From: an uncultured Gammaproteobacteria bacterium
Lineage (GTDB): Bacteria > Pseudomonadota > Gammaproteobacteria > JAURND01
NCBI GenBank assembly: GCA_963777715.1
Contig: CAVZRN010000008.1
Location: 56,928-120,927, forward strand
Length of the DNA: 64,000 nt
Direction of reading: 5' to 3'
In this document: in pieces, positions 51,712 to 62,649 of the stretch
Position numbering within the stretch: the stretch's first letter is position 1
Layout: every line of letters begins with the position of its first letter
The notes under the pieces: generated by a model
The model's database searches: none
Told to the model about the DNA's origin: nothing
Seen by the model: only the letters and a program-made list of their open reading frames with translations
Translations under genes and position numbers: made by a program

Positions 51712-52671
51712 TCATAATAACGGCTGCAAGTGTTGCCACACTTCATCTACCGACAAGCGTGATAAATCATTGCCCCGACGTAGATGATATTGGTTGTCGC
51801 CGCGCGCACCCACTTGCTGTGGATCGGTGGGGCCGTATAACGATAGCGTGGGCACGTTAAGCGCAGCCGCCAAATGGCCAATGCCAGTATCAACAGCTAC
51901 TGCCGCCCTTGCCTGTAATAACAGCTCTGCCAACTCCTTGAGCGATGTTTTGGCTAATACTGCAACACCGCTACCCGCCTGGGCAGCAATCATTTCTGCG
52001 CGTGCTTTTTCCAGCGCATTTCCCCACGACAGTTGTACGCTAAAACCAGCCGCCACACAGCGTGTTGCTAAATCCACCCATTGCTGCTCTGGCCATTCCT
52101 TGTTGGTCCAGCTGGTGCCGTGAATAAATAAAATCTGCTTATGCGCACCTCCAATCGATGGGGGAAAATTCGCGCGAATTGCATAATCCGGTGCGCTATC
52201 AGGGCAGGGATAATTTAGCGCCTGCGCAAATAATTGTCGCGCGCGCGTGACGGCATGTTGTTGGAAAATGATGGGGTAACGCCGTTGATAAAATAATGCC
52301 GCCAGCGTTTCACGCGCGGAATGAAAGTCTAATCCGCAATGTAATCCCCGCGCCAGGCGTGCAATCAAGGCGCTTTTTACTAATCCCTGCGCATCAATGA
52401 CGGCGTCGTACCTGGCAGCACGTAAATGGCGATAAAATTTTTGTATGTCGCCCGCCTTCCATGCCGATGGCAGTTGTTTGCGCCAACGCCGCCATGCCAC
52501 GGGAATAACTTGCCTGACGTGCGGATGCCAGGCTGGAATTTCGGCAAACCCTTGCTCCACCACCCAATCAAATTGTATAGCAGGATAGACGCGCGCTGCA
52601 TCGGTTAATGCTGGCAGCGTATGGATGACATCGCCTAATGATGATGTTTTGACGACTAAAATGCGCTTCAT
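51712..52671 (-). CDS. waaC: ADP-heptose:LPS heptosyltransferase I (GT9).
   Basis: MKRILVVKTSSLGDVIHTLPAL… typical of WaaC. GT9 fold. Confidence 0.85.
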   Translation of the reverse strand: MKRILVVKTSSLGDVIHTLPALTDAARVYPAIQFDWVVEQGFAEIPAWHPHVRQVIPVAWRRWRKQLPSAWKAGDIQKFYRHLRAARYDAVIDAQGLVKSALIARLARGLHCGLDFHSARETLAALFYQRRYPIIFQQHAVTRARQLFAQALNYPCPDSAPDYAIRANFPPSIGGAHKQILFIHGTSWTNKEWPEQQWVDLATRCVAAGFSVQLSWGNALEKARAEMIAAQAGSGVAVLAKTSLKELAELLLQARAAVAVDTGIGHLAAALNVPTLSLYGPTDPQQVGARGDNQYHLRRGNDLSRLSVDEVWQHLQPLL

Positions 52672-53702
52672 ATAGACGATAACTGTTGGATACTGTTGAT
52701 AACTAGCTCTGGTTTTAGTTGCAACATACAATGCCAATGACCCAGCGGGCAGGTGCGTTTAAAACACGGCACACAAGGTAATTTGAGTTGTAATATATCT
52801 ACTTTGTCAGTCAATGGCGGCGTAAAGCGTGGCGAGGTTGAGCCGTATACCACCACCAGGGGTCGCCCTAATGCCGCCGCAATGTGCATCAATCCTGAAT
52901 CATTGCTAACCACAACGTTGGCTAATGAAATTAAATCCACTGCTTCCGCCAGTGTAGTCCTGCCAATCAAATTAACCACGCGATTGTTGGTGCGTTGCAG
53001 AATTTCAGTGGCAATCGCTTGATCCTTGGGCGCACCCAACATCCACACATGCCACCCCTGCGCTAATTGTGCATTGGCGACTTCAGCGTAGTAATTCGGC
53101 GGCCAGCGCTTGCTGGAGCCAAATTCTGCGCCTGGCGCGATAATCAATAATGGCGCATCGGGTTGTTTTAAGGTGTATTTTTCCAGACTGACCGCCAGAC
53201 TGGCTGGCGAAATTTGTAACCGCGGACGCGGTAATTGCTGAGGTAATTCCGCATTGGGTGGAAATGCCAATGCTGCAAAACGCTGAACCATTAATGGCAA
53301 TTTTTCTTTATCCAGCGTGCGCGCATCATTGAGTAATAGCCAACCACGCGGCCATTCTCCGCACCAACCCGTGCGCTCAGGGATACGCGCCCAATAGATC
53401 GAAAGGGCAGATTTTCCGGAATTGGGTAATACGATGGCTTGATCGTATTGATAGTCACGCAGTTGCTTACCCAACTGGTAACGTTCACGCAGGTCTAGTT
53501 TACCGTGGACAAATGGCGAGGGATGGATCGTATTCACTTCCGGCATACGCTCTACCAATGCCTTAATGGACTTGGGAGCTAATATATCGATGCTTGCATC
53601 GGGGTGTTGTTGTCTTAGCAGCCTTAACAGCGACTGCGCCATGACCATATCGCCTACCCAGGCCGGACTGACGACGAGTATTTTTTTCGGTGAATGGGTC
53701 AT
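52668..53702 (-). CDS. waaF: ADP-heptose:LPS heptosyltransferase II (GT9).
   Basis: KKILVVSPAWVGDMVMAQSLLRLL… colinear with WaaF/RfaF. Confidence 0.85.
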   Translation of the reverse strand: MTHSPKKILVVSPAWVGDMVMAQSLLRLLRQQHPDASIDILAPKSIKALVERMPEVNTIHPSPFVHGKLDLRERYQLGKQLRDYQYDQAIVLPNSGKSALSIYWARIPERTGWCGEWPRGWLLLNDARTLDKEKLPLMVQRFAALAFPPNAELPQQLPRPRLQISPASLAVSLEKYTLKQPDAPLLIIAPGAEFGSSKRWPPNYYAEVANAQLAQGWHVWMLGAPKDQAIATEILQRTNNRVVNLIGRTTLAEAVDLISLANVVVSNDSGLMHIAAALGRPLVVVYGSTSPRFTPPLTDKVDILQLKLPCVPCFKRTCPLGHWHCMLQLKPELVINSIQQLSSI

Positions 53703-53749
53703 GATTTAATCTATGCAAGGTAATGCTAAGGGCGGTTCACGAACCGCCC

Positions 53750-53959
53750 CTACGATAGCCAATCGGTGAGCACATACACCGCCCCACAATACGGGCATGT
53801 TTCACGCCCGGTTTCTGCAATCGGCAGGTAGACACGCGGATGCGCGTCCCACAGGCGATATTTGGGCGATGGGCACGATAGCGGTAAATCCTGGCGAGTT
53901 ACTTCGTATTCTATTTGGGCACATGCCAATGGCTTGGGAAATGCAGCGGATTCTTTCAT
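53750..53959 (-). CDS. Small Cys-rich zinc-ribbon-like protein (about 69 aa, with a CPYCG motif).
   Basis: Two Cys pairs (C…C, CPYCG). Start placed at an internal Met. Confidence 0.35.
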   Translation of the reverse strand: MKESAAFPKPLACAQIEYEVTRQDLPLSCPSPKYRLWDAHPRVYLPIAETGRETCPYCGAVYVLTDWLS

Positions 53960-54063
53960 AATTTTTGGCGAAATTGGGTGAGATAATAACGTTGCTACAG
54001 TATAGCGTAAGGTGCAAGAAAATGTTAGCCTACTCACATAAAAATACCGTAAAGAGTTTAATT

Positions 54064-54531
54064 ATGAACTTATTTCATCATGCTTCCCTGCTGGAAGATC
54101 GCGCCGAAATTACTGATATGATTTTACGCCTTGCCTATGCCATGGATATGCAAGACTGGACAGCGCTACGCGATTGTTTAGCCAATGAGCTGGACGTGGA
54201 TTACACTGCGCTGCGTGGCGAAACGCGACGCATTATGTCCGCAGATGATTTCGTCGAAAAACGCGCCAAGGATTTGGCCGGGTTACGCACGCAACATATC
54301 AGCACCAACCACTTGGTTTCCATTCACGGCGACCATGCGGAGTGCACTTCCTGTTTTTTAATCCATCGCGTTGATCCAGCCAAGACAGAAGACAACCATT
54401 TTGATACAGCTGGTCATTATTTGCATGGTCTCACCCGCACAGCTAACGGTTGGCGCATTGATCGCATTCGTCAAACCGTGTTGTGGAACCGCGGAAATCC
54501 AGAGATACATGGGGCGCTGCGCAGGCACTAA
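54064..54531 (+). CDS. NTF2-like / SnoaL-like fold protein.
   Basis: Pattern typical of the NTF2-like superfamily (…[25 protein letters not shown]…). Weak call. Confidence 0.45.
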   Translation: MNLFHHASLLEDRAEITDMILRLAYAMDMQDWTALRDCLANELDVDYTALRGETRRIMSADDFVEKRAKDLAGLRTQHISTNHLVSIHGDHAECTSCFLIHRVDPAKTEDNHFDTAGHYLHGLTRTANGWRIDRIRQTVLWNRGNPEIHGALRRH

Positions 54532-56033
54532 CCCACCACCTGGCGTAGTTGCGGGAATAAAATCACATCGCGGATGGAAGTAACGTCAGCAAATAACATC
54601 ACCAACCGATCGATGCCAATGCCTTCACCTGCGGTAGGCGGTAGGCCATATTCCAGCGCTTGAATGTAATCCGCATCATACACCATCGCTTCTACATCAC
54701 CCGCTTCGCGGTTTTTAACTTGTTGGCGGAAACGCTCGGCTTGATCTTCGGGGTCGTTTAACTCAGAAAAACCGTTCGCAATTTCGCGCCCTGCCATGAA
54801 GAATTCAAACCGGTCAGTTATTTGCGGGTCTTGTTCATTTTTGCGCGCCAGGGGTGACACTGCAGTAGGAAATGCAGTAATAAACGTAGGCTCGATTAAT
54901 TTAGCTTCGACGGTTTTTTCAAAGATTTCATAGTGGATTTTGCCAAGACTATCTTGCGGATGCAGGTTGATACCCAAGCCTTGCGCAATGTGACGCATGG
55001 AGTCGATATTTTGCAAATCAGTCGCTGAGATTTGTGGATTGAAATGTAAAATAGATTGCGCTATTGTCATACGTGCAAAGGGTTTAGCCAGATCAAATAC
55101 CCGCCCTTGATAAGATAAGTTGGTTTCACCAAATACAGTCTGCGCCAGGCTGCGCATTAATACTTCCGTTAAATCCATCAAGTCATAGTAATCGGCATAG
55201 GCTTGATAAAATTCCAACATGGTGAATTCTGGATTGTGTCGCGTCGATAACCCTTCGTTGCGAAAATTACGATTAATCTCAAACACACGTTCAAAACCAC
55301 CCACCACCAGGCGCTTTAAATATAATTCCGGCGCAATGCGCAAATATAACGGCATGTCCAAGGTATTATGATGCGTGATAAACGGACGCGCCGCCGCGCC
55401 GCCTGGTATGCTGTGCATCATGGGCGTTTCCACTTCTAAAAAGCGACGCTGGTTGAAGAATTCACGAATTGCGCTGACAACCGTAGAACGAATCTGAAAT
55501 ACGCGCCGCGTATCATCATTGGCGATTAAATCAACATAACGCTGACGATAGCGCATTTCCTGATCGGTCAAGCCGTGAAATTTATCCGGCAACGGGCGCA
55601 ATGCCTTGGTTAACAGGCGGATGTGCTCGGCGCGCACGCTAAGCTCACCCGTCCTGGTCTTAAATACCACGCCCTCTGCGGCAATAATATCGCCGAGATC
55701 CCAGTGTTTAAATTCCTCATAACTATCCGTTGACACAATATCTTGCTTTACATAAAGCTGAATACGACCCGTCATGTCTTGAATATGCACGAAACTCGCC
55801 TTACCCATGAGACGTCGCGCTACAATACGCCCGGCCAGTTTGACGCGTTTAGCCAATGTTTCTAATTCGGCTTCGTCCTTTGTTGCATATTGCTGGTGCA
55901 GGTCAGCTGCAAACGCATCCTTACGAAAATCGTTAGGAAATGCATTGCCTTGCTTGCGCAATTCATTGAGCTTGCTTTGTCGTTGCGCCAATTGCTCATT
56001 GAGATCAAGTTGTTGGGTATCTTCCAGGGTCAT
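54528..56033 (-). CDS. lysS: Lysine--tRNA ligase (class II).
   Basis: 501 aa, colinear with E. coli LysS. Conserved prfB-lysS operon. Confidence 0.95.
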   Translation of the reverse strand: MTLEDTQQLDLNEQLAQRQSKLNELRKQGNAFPNDFRKDAFAADLHQQYATKDEAELETLAKRVKLAGRIVARRLMGKASFVHIQDMTGRIQLYVKQDIVSTDSYEEFKHWDLGDIIAAEGVVFKTRTGELSVRAEHIRLLTKALRPLPDKFHGLTDQEMRYRQRYVDLIANDDTRRVFQIRSTVVSAIREFFNQRRFLEVETPMMHSIPGGAAARPFITHHNTLDMPLYLRIAPELYLKRLVVGGFERVFEINRNFRNEGLSTRHNPEFTMLEFYQAYADYYDLMDLTEVLMRSLAQTVFGETNLSYQGRVFDLAKPFARMTIAQSILHFNPQISATDLQNIDSMRHIAQGLGINLHPQDSLGKIHYEIFEKTVEAKLIEPTFITAFPTAVSPLARKNEQDPQITDRFEFFMAGREIANGFSELNDPEDQAERFRQQVKNREAGDVEAMVYDADYIQALEYGLPPTAGEGIGIDRLVMLFADVTSIRDVILFPQLRQVVG

Positions 56034-56057
56034 GTAAAAATCTCTCTATTATTTTAA

Positions 56058-57159
56058 TTACAATCCTTGTTTTAAACTAGCTTCCATAAACCTATCCAAA
56101 TCACCATCCAACACCGCTTGCGTATTGGTGGTTTCTACGCCAGTGCGCAAATCCTTGATGCGGGATGAGTCTAGCACATACGAACGAATCTGATTGCCCC
56201 ACGAAATATCGGATTTTGCCGCTTCGGCGGCCTGCTGATCGGCGGTTTTTTTCTGTAATTCTAATTCATACAGCTTGGCGCGCAATTGTTTCAGCGCTTG
56301 CGCCTTGTTCTTATGCTGCGAGCGCTCGTTTTGACATTGCACGACGGTATTGGTGGGAACATGTGTAATACGCACCGCTGAATCAGTCGTATTCACATGC
56401 TGACCACCCGAACCGCTAGAGCGATAAGTATCAATGCGCAGGTCAGCTGGATTAATTGCAATGTCAATGTCTTCATCGATTTCGGGCGAGACAAATACCG
56501 AAGCAAATGAGGTATGACGCCGATTGCCGGAATCAAACGGCGATTTACGCACCAGACGATGCACGCCAGTTTCCGTACGCAACCAACCACACGCGTAAGC
56601 GCCCGTGAAGTGTATCGTCGCGCTCTTGATACCAGCAACTTCACCCGTCGATAGCTCTAAAATCTGAGTATTAAAGCCGTGTTGATCCCCCCAGCGTAAG
56701 TACATGCGCAGTAGCATTTCCGCCCAATCTTGCGCTTCAGTACCACCGGAGCCGGATTGAATATCCAGGTAGGCATTATTGGCATCCATTTTGCCTGAGA
56801 ACATGCGCGCGAATTCCATCTCGGCTATTTTCCTGGCCAAGCCATCAATATCTTGCACCAGGCTCGCCAATGCCTGCGCATCCTGTTCTGCCACAATTAA
56901 CTCTAGTAATGCGTTGGTATCTTGTAGTTGCTGCTCTACCTGCGTGACATTGTTAACGATGTCTTCCAGTTGCGTGCGCTCACGACCCAGCCGCTGCGCC
57001 TTGTCATGGTCGCTCCAAAGCGCCGGGTCTTCTAACTGTAGTATGACTTCTTCTAAGCGTTGCTGTTTTTGATCAACTTCAAAGATACCTCCCTAGCGCT
57101 TGTATGCGCTGGGACAGGTCTTTCAGACGTTCCACTAAAAAATTGGTTTCTAATGACAT
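56058..57159 (-). CDS. prfB: Peptide chain release factor 2, with the conserved programmed +1 frameshift.
   Basis: Frame-0 leader [26 protein letters not shown] ends in CTT TGA. The +1 frame continues [12 protein letters not shown]… through the GGQ and SPF motifs. Confidence 0.9.
57076..57096 (-). promoter_or_regulatory. prfB: prfB programmed +1 frameshift site: internal Shine-Dalgarno AGGGAGG, then TAT CTT TGA A.
   Basis: Reverse complement of 57076-57096 reads AGGGAGGTATCTTTGAAG. Matches the E. coli autoregulatory site (AGGGGGUAUCUUUGAC). Confidence 0.85.
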
Positions 57160-57339
57160 GGTTGTTTATCCAGACTTGATATCATTTAATAACATTTATT
57201 TGTGCGTTTCTTTGAGTATCTTACTCTAAAAAAACCCTAGATTCTCCATTTTTCTATAGAAGAGTTTGCCACGCCATTTCTGTGTTGAAACTTGCACAAA
57301 ATAACGAAAAACGATATACTGTTAAAGTATTAACACAGA

Positions 57340-58134
57340 ATGATCCTTATGAAATTACATGAATTCATCAACGCATCACGGGCAAAAGGGCATTACTCAT
57401 TCACCATCGTTGAGGCTGAACACGCCTTAGGGCTTAAAAAAGCAGCGATTTTGAATGCCATCCGGCGTCTTGCACAACAAAGGCTTCTCGTAAGCCCAGC
57501 CAAGGGTTTTTACCTAATTGTACCACCTGAATACCAGGCTCTTGGTTGCCTTCCTGCAGATATGTTTGTTGCAGATTTGATGAGATACCTTGATCAACCC
57601 TATTACGTTGGGTTTTTAAGTGCTGCTCAATATTATGGAGCAGCACATCAAAAGCCTCAGCGTTTTCAGGTAGTGACAACAAAAAACCGTCGACCTATAC
57701 AATGTGGGCGTGTTTATATCGAATTCATTGCTAATAAAAAAGTAGCAACAGAACCAACCAAGACTATAAATACACTCACAGGAACTATACCTATAGCAAC
57801 AGCCGAAGTTTTGGCTGTCGATATAGTGACCGCACCACATCATGCTGCTGGAATTAACAACGCAACTACGGTATTGACAGAGTTGGCTGAAAGCCTGGAT
57901 AGTAAGCGACTCTTGGACCTGGCCAAAATTAATACTGAATTATTTTGGGTGCAACGATTGGGCTATTTGTTAGAGTTTTTAGGGTTTGAACAATTATCGA
58001 CGATACTTGAAAAAATGTTGCATAACCATAAATTACATTGGGTGCGATTAGTTGCGCGCGCCCCATACAAGGTTTTAGCTCGTGATAGCAAATGGAAAAT
58101 TATAGTGAATACCGATATAGAGGCTGATTTATGA
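57340..58134 (+). CDS. AbiEi-family antitoxin/transcriptional regulator (type IV TA; wHTH plus a C-terminal domain).
   Basis: AbiEi-like features (…YYVGFLSAAQYYG…). Its stop overlaps the start of the downstream abiEii-like gene (ATGA). Confidence 0.6.
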   Translation: MILMKLHEFINASRAKGHYSFTIVEAEHALGLKKAAILNAIRRLAQQRLLVSPAKGFYLIVPPEYQALGCLPADMFVADLMRYLDQPYYVGFLSAAQYYGAAHQKPQRFQVVTTKNRRPIQCGRVYIEFIANKKVATEPTKTINTLTGTIPIATAEVLAVDIVTAPHHAAGINNATTVLTELAESLDSKRLLDLAKINTELFWVQRLGYLLEFLGFEQLSTILEKMLHNHKLHWVRLVARAPYKVLARDSKWKIIVNTDIEADL

Positions 58135-59011
58135 TCCCCATAGCACAAATTACCCAGTGGCGGCAGATTGCACCCTGGTCAGATGATATGCAAGTTGAGC
58201 AGGATTTGATCTTATCACGAATTATTCTGGATATTTTTTCTGATCCCCTACTTAAAAATGAATTAGCGTTTCGCGGTGGAACAGCGCTACACAAATTATT
58301 TTTTCAGCCCGCCCAGAGGTATAGTGAGGATATAGATCTGGTAAGACAAGTACCGGTAAAATTACCAGTATAGTGGATGCCTTACGTGCTCGCCTTGGAA
58401 TATGGCTAGGCGAACCAAGAACTATACGTAATAACGCTAGCTTTAAATTACATTATCGTTTTAGCCCTGAAATATCACCATCTACCTCACTAAGAGTAAA
58501 AATTGAAATTAATACTCGGGAAAATTTTGCTGTACTTGACCGGTTGTCGAAAAAATTTTCAGTGAAGTCGGCATAGTTCTCAGGTGAGACCGAAGTGAAT
58601 ACCTATCAATTTGAAGAATTGCTTGCCACAAAACTAAGAGCTTTATACCAACGTAAAAAAGGCCGTGATTTGTTTGATTTATGGCTTGCGCTCAAACATA
58701 ACGATTTAGACATCAACAAATTGGTAGAAATATTTTTGCACTATATGAATCGAGAAAATAAGGTAATCTCAAGGGAAGTTTTTGAGAATAATTTAAATTC
58801 TAAGTTACAAGAACAAGTGTTTGTTGACGACATTAATCAATTGCTGTCTCCTGAGCTACTAAAAATCCAATCAAATTCTAGAGTAATTGACAAAAACAAT
58901 TATAGGGTTACCAACGATGGTAAAAAGAGGGTGACAGATGGTTGGAGCTTATTTGATGCAGCAGAAGAAATTAAACAAACGATTTTGGCCTTACTGCCAA
59001 AAACGAGGTGA
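58131..59011 (+). pseudogene. AbiEii/AbiGii-family nucleotidyltransferase toxin (DUF1814), inactivated by a -1 frameshift (~58355) and an in-frame TAG stop at 58574-58576.
   Basis: Three consecutive ORFs (80, 67 and 138 aa) together give the AbiEii pattern (QVEQDLILSRIL…LAFRGGTALHKL…YSEDIDLV … RVKIEINTRE … YQFEELLATKLRAL). Confidence 0.7.
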
Positions 59012-59162
59012 TTTTTTTAATTCCACCAAGATTCTGTCCCGCGCATGTACCCCTTGACACTCGCATTCTGAATGTCATACTGGCCGTTCTACACAACCAC
59101 TATAAAACTCCTCGCGATTATGCCTGTTTTGTACTGAAAAGAGAAATATAAAGAGAAATATT

Positions 59163-59959
59163 ATGCAACCCATGTTAAATGTCGCCCTTAAGGCTGCACG
59201 CAAGGCCGGCGATCTGATGTTACGCTCTATAGAGCGCCTGGATACGATAAATACTACCTCAAAAGGCCACAAAGACTTTGTGACCGATATTGATAAACGC
59301 GCCGAGCAAGAAATTATCGAGATACTTAAAAAGTCTTACCCCGACCACGCATTCCTGGGGGAAGAAAGCGGCAAGCACCGTGGTGACGCCGATTGCTTGT
59401 GGATTATCGATCCCCTCGATGGCACGCATAATTATTCACGCGGCTTACCGCATTTCTGCACGTCCATTGGCTTCCAATTCAAGGGTAAGTTGCAACATGG
59501 GCTAGTATACGACCCGATACGCCAAGAGGTATTCACCGCTAGCCGTGGCGATGGCGCCCGAGTAAACGACCGCCGCCTACGGGTTAGCAAGACGATGCAA
59601 CTAGACCGGCCCTGGTCGGGACTGGCTTCCCCATGCGCCATATTGATCGCCTACCCGCCTATATGGCGTGTATCAGCCAATTAACACCACGGATCAGCAA
59701 TTTACGTTGCTCTGGCTCAGCTGCATTGGACCTATGTTACGTTGCCGCTGCACGGCTGGATGCCTTTATCGAGACCCAGTTGCAACCTTGGGATATGGCT
59801 GCTGGCGCCTTAATTGTCAAGGAAGCGGGCGGCCTGGTGGGCGATTGGCAGGGCGGAGAAAATTATATGGAAAAAGGGGGTATTATTGCCGCCAATCCGA
59901 AGCTTTTTGGCCTAATGTGTTCGGCGATTTCGGGCGAATCTGCTATAAATAACGTATAG
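59163..59959 (+). CDS. suhB: Inositol monophosphatase family protein SuhB, broken by a -1 indel in a G run near 59610.
   Basis: 173-aa and 108-aa ORFs are colinear with E. coli SuhB. Restoring GGG in CTAGACCGG(G)CCCTGG gives …QLDRALVGTGFP…. Confidence 0.85.
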
Positions 59960-60015
59960 AGGGGTGTGATTTTGCTCCTTAATTTACGTTAGGTTAAAAA
60001 CTACTGTCTAATGAT

Positions 60016-60918
60016 ATGAAATCACTATTCGCTCAATGGCTTATCCCTAAAGTGAGCAATTGGCTATTACGTGAACCGCCAATGGCGCCCTCTGCGCTTT
60101 GCGATTTTAACAAAATCCGTTTTGAAATAAGGCCAGCGGATGTGTTGCTTATTGAGGGACAAAACAAGTTCAGCGGTATCGTCAAACAAATCACCCAAAG
60201 TAATTGGACGCATTCGGTGTTGTATATTGGGCGATTGTATGACATTGACGAAGTGAATCTACGCGCCCACATTCGAAAATATTACAAGGGTTCTCCCGAT
60301 GAGCAATTGATCGTTGAGAGCTTGATGGGACACGGCACTATTATCACGCCACTGTCGCGTTATAGAAACTATCACATTCGTATTTGCCGACCACGCGGTT
60401 TATCACGCGAGGACGCACAGCATGTGACCGGTTTCGCCATTAACCACCTCGGTATGCGTTACAGCTTGCGGCATATTTTTGATTTATTTCGTTTTTTGTT
60501 TCCCTGGGGTATTTTGCCACGACGCTGGCGCTCTAGTTTGTTCGCGCATAATGCCTCAAAGCCAACCGAAGAAATATGTTCTTCGATGATTGCGCGCGCC
60601 TTTCAATTGATACATTTCCCTATTATTCCTGAGGCTAAACAAGGCGATGAAGGGTTAACGTTGGTGAGCCGAGATCCGCGACTTTATACGCCCAAGGATT
60701 TTGACTATTCGCCATTTTTTGACATTATAAAATATCCGATGACAATCCCCGCATTTGATGTACCCTATCAAGATTTACCGTGGGAAAATCCATCACCCAA
60801 CACGACAGACACCTCAGCAAATGCACATATTGCTACTGTCGAAGAACCCAGCGTGCAAAAAAATCTTTCCGATAATGCAATTGACGATGATTCACCTACA
60901 CAACATGATAAACACTAA
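60016..60918 (+). CDS. Hypothetical protein, possibly a YiiX/YaeF-like permuted papain-fold (NlpC/P60 superfamily) hydrolase with a disordered acidic C-terminus.
   Basis: Weak motif resemblance (WTHSVLYIG … EICSSMIARAF). Low confidence. Confidence 0.3.
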   Translation: MKSLFAQWLIPKVSNWLLREPPMAPSALCDFNKIRFEIRPADVLLIEGQNKFSGIVKQITQSNWTHSVLYIGRLYDIDEVNLRAHIRKYYKGSPDEQLIVESLMGHGTIITPLSRYRNYHIRICRPRGLSREDAQHVTGFAINHLGMRYSLRHIFDLFRFLFPWGILPRRWRSSLFAHNASKPTEEICSSMIARAFQLIHFPIIPEAKQGDEGLTLVSRDPRLYTPKDFDYSPFFDIIKYPMTIPAFDVPYQDLPWENPSPNTTDTSANAHIATVEEPSVQKNLSDNAIDDDSPTQHDKH

Positions 60919-60932
60919 CCAATCTAATCTAT

Positions 60933-62645
60933 ATGCTTGATTTTACCATAAAGATACAACCCCTGACCGGCGCTCCTTACGTAGAAACTTCCCTGGGCGG
61001 TAAACCATTGCTGACCACGCCACAACTGAATAAGGGCACGGCATTTTCAACAGAAGAACGGGACGAATTTGGCCTGACGGGTAAATTGCCTGCCTGTGTC
61101 GAAACATTAGAAGAACAGGCAGAACGTGTGTATTTACAATACCAATCGTATGAAACACCGCTGCAAAAAAATATCTACCTCAACAAGATACACGATACCA
61201 ATCAGGTTTTATTTTATAAACTGGTGCAAGATCATACTAGTGAGATGCTGCCTATTCTGTATACACCAACGGTGAGCACCGCCGTACAAAAATTTAGTCG
61301 AGAATTTCATCAGGCGCGCGGATTGTATATTTCCTATGAGCAACGTTACCAGATTGAAAAAATTCTCGACAATCGCAGCAATCCAGAAATTGATTTAATT
61401 GTCACCACCGATGGCGGCGGTGTATTAGGTATTGGCGACCAGGGCGCTGGCGCCATGTTGATTCCGGTGGCTAAATTGATGGTCTACACCATTTGCGGTG
61501 GGATTCATCCGTTACGCACCCTGCCTATTTTATTGGATGTAGGAACGGATAATGACGTTCTGTTGAATGATCCACTTTATCTGGGGTGGCGTCACCCACG
61601 TATCAGTGGCGCTGATTATGACGAATTTATGGAATTATTCGTCCGCGCCGTGCAGAAAAAATTTCCGCAGGCATTCCTGCATTGGGAAGATTTCGGTCGT
61701 GATAATGCGCACCGCATTCTCACTCGTTATCGCGATGAGATTTGCTCATTTAATGATGACATACAAGGTACGGGCGCTACGGCATTATCTGCCCTCCTGG
61801 CAGCTGTTAGCAGCATCAACAGCACACTGGATCAACAGCAATTTATCATTTTTGGCGGCGGCACCGCCGGCATCGGCATCACCGATCAAATCTGTAAACG
61901 CCTGGTTGATACCGGTATGCCAGATGCAGAAGCACGCAAACATTTCTGGATCATTGACCGTCATGGCTTAACTATCGAGGGAATGCCCAACTTAACGCCA
62001 GCACAACAACCCTATGCGCGTAATATTAGCGACGTAGCTAATTGGCCACGTAATGAGCAATCCGTAATTGACTTGGTTACCACTATCGCACAGGTAAAGC
62101 CCACGGTATTGATCGGCTGTTCCGCTCAAGGCGGCGCTTTTAATCGTGAGGTGGTAAGCACCATGGCGCAACATACACCGCGGCCAATTATTTTCCCATT
62201 ATCCAATCCAACCGAAAAAGCCGAGGCAACTCCGCAAGAACTGTGTAATTGGACACAAGGCCGGGCGTTAATTGCGACGGGCAGCCCATTTGCAGTACCC
62301 CAAGTGGCAGGAAGGGCGTGCCCGGTCGCACAATGCAACAATGCCCTGGTGTTTCCCGGTATCGGGTTGGGTGTGATTGCCGCCAAGGCGCGTCGCGTCA
62401 CATCGGATATGTTATGGGCAGCCTGTGTTGCACTGAATAAGTGTGCGCCCGTACATCAAAATCCCGATGCGCCGCTATTGCCTGCGCTCGAAAATGCACG
62501 CGAATCGGCACGAGAAATCGCTATTGCTGTGGCGGAACAGGCGCGCAAGGAAGGAATGGCCGGCATTGCAGAGGATGCTGATATTGCTGCGTGTGTAGAT
62601 GCGGAGATTTGGCAGCCGGTGTATCTGCCTTTCAAGAAAAAATAA
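60933..62645 (+). CDS. maeA: NAD-dependent malic enzyme.
   Basis: 570 aa with conserved malic-enzyme motifs (VYTPTV, DGGGVLGIGDQG, FGGGTAG). Confidence 0.9.
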   Translation: MLDFTIKIQPLTGAPYVETSLGGKPLLTTPQLNKGTAFSTEERDEFGLTGKLPACVETLEEQAERVYLQYQSYETPLQKNIYLNKIHDTNQVLFYKLVQDHTSEMLPILYTPTVSTAVQKFSREFHQARGLYISYEQRYQIEKILDNRSNPEIDLIVTTDGGGVLGIGDQGAGAMLIPVAKLMVYTICGGIHPLRTLPILLDVGTDNDVLLNDPLYLGWRHPRISGADYDEFMELFVRAVQKKFPQAFLHWEDFGRDNAHRILTRYRDEICSFNDDIQGTGATALSALLAAVSSINSTLDQQQFIIFGGGTAGIGITDQICKRLVDTGMPDAEARKHFWIIDRHGLTIEGMPNLTPAQQPYARNISDVANWPRNEQSVIDLVTTIAQVKPTVLIGCSAQGGAFNREVVSTMAQHTPRPIIFPLSNPTEKAEATPQELCNWTQGRALIATGSPFAVPQVAGRACPVAQCNNALVFPGIGLGVIAAKARRVTSDMLWAACVALNKCAPVHQNPDAPLLPALENARESAREIAIAVAEQARKEGMAGIAEDADIAACVDAEIWQPVYLPFKKK

Positions 62646-62649
62646 TAAT

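Noticed and set aside
56058-57159. Apparent frameshift in prfB, considered as another assembly indel.
   Set aside because: It matches the universally conserved programmed +1 frameshift site (SD-like sequence followed by CTT TGA), so it is genuine recoding and not an error.
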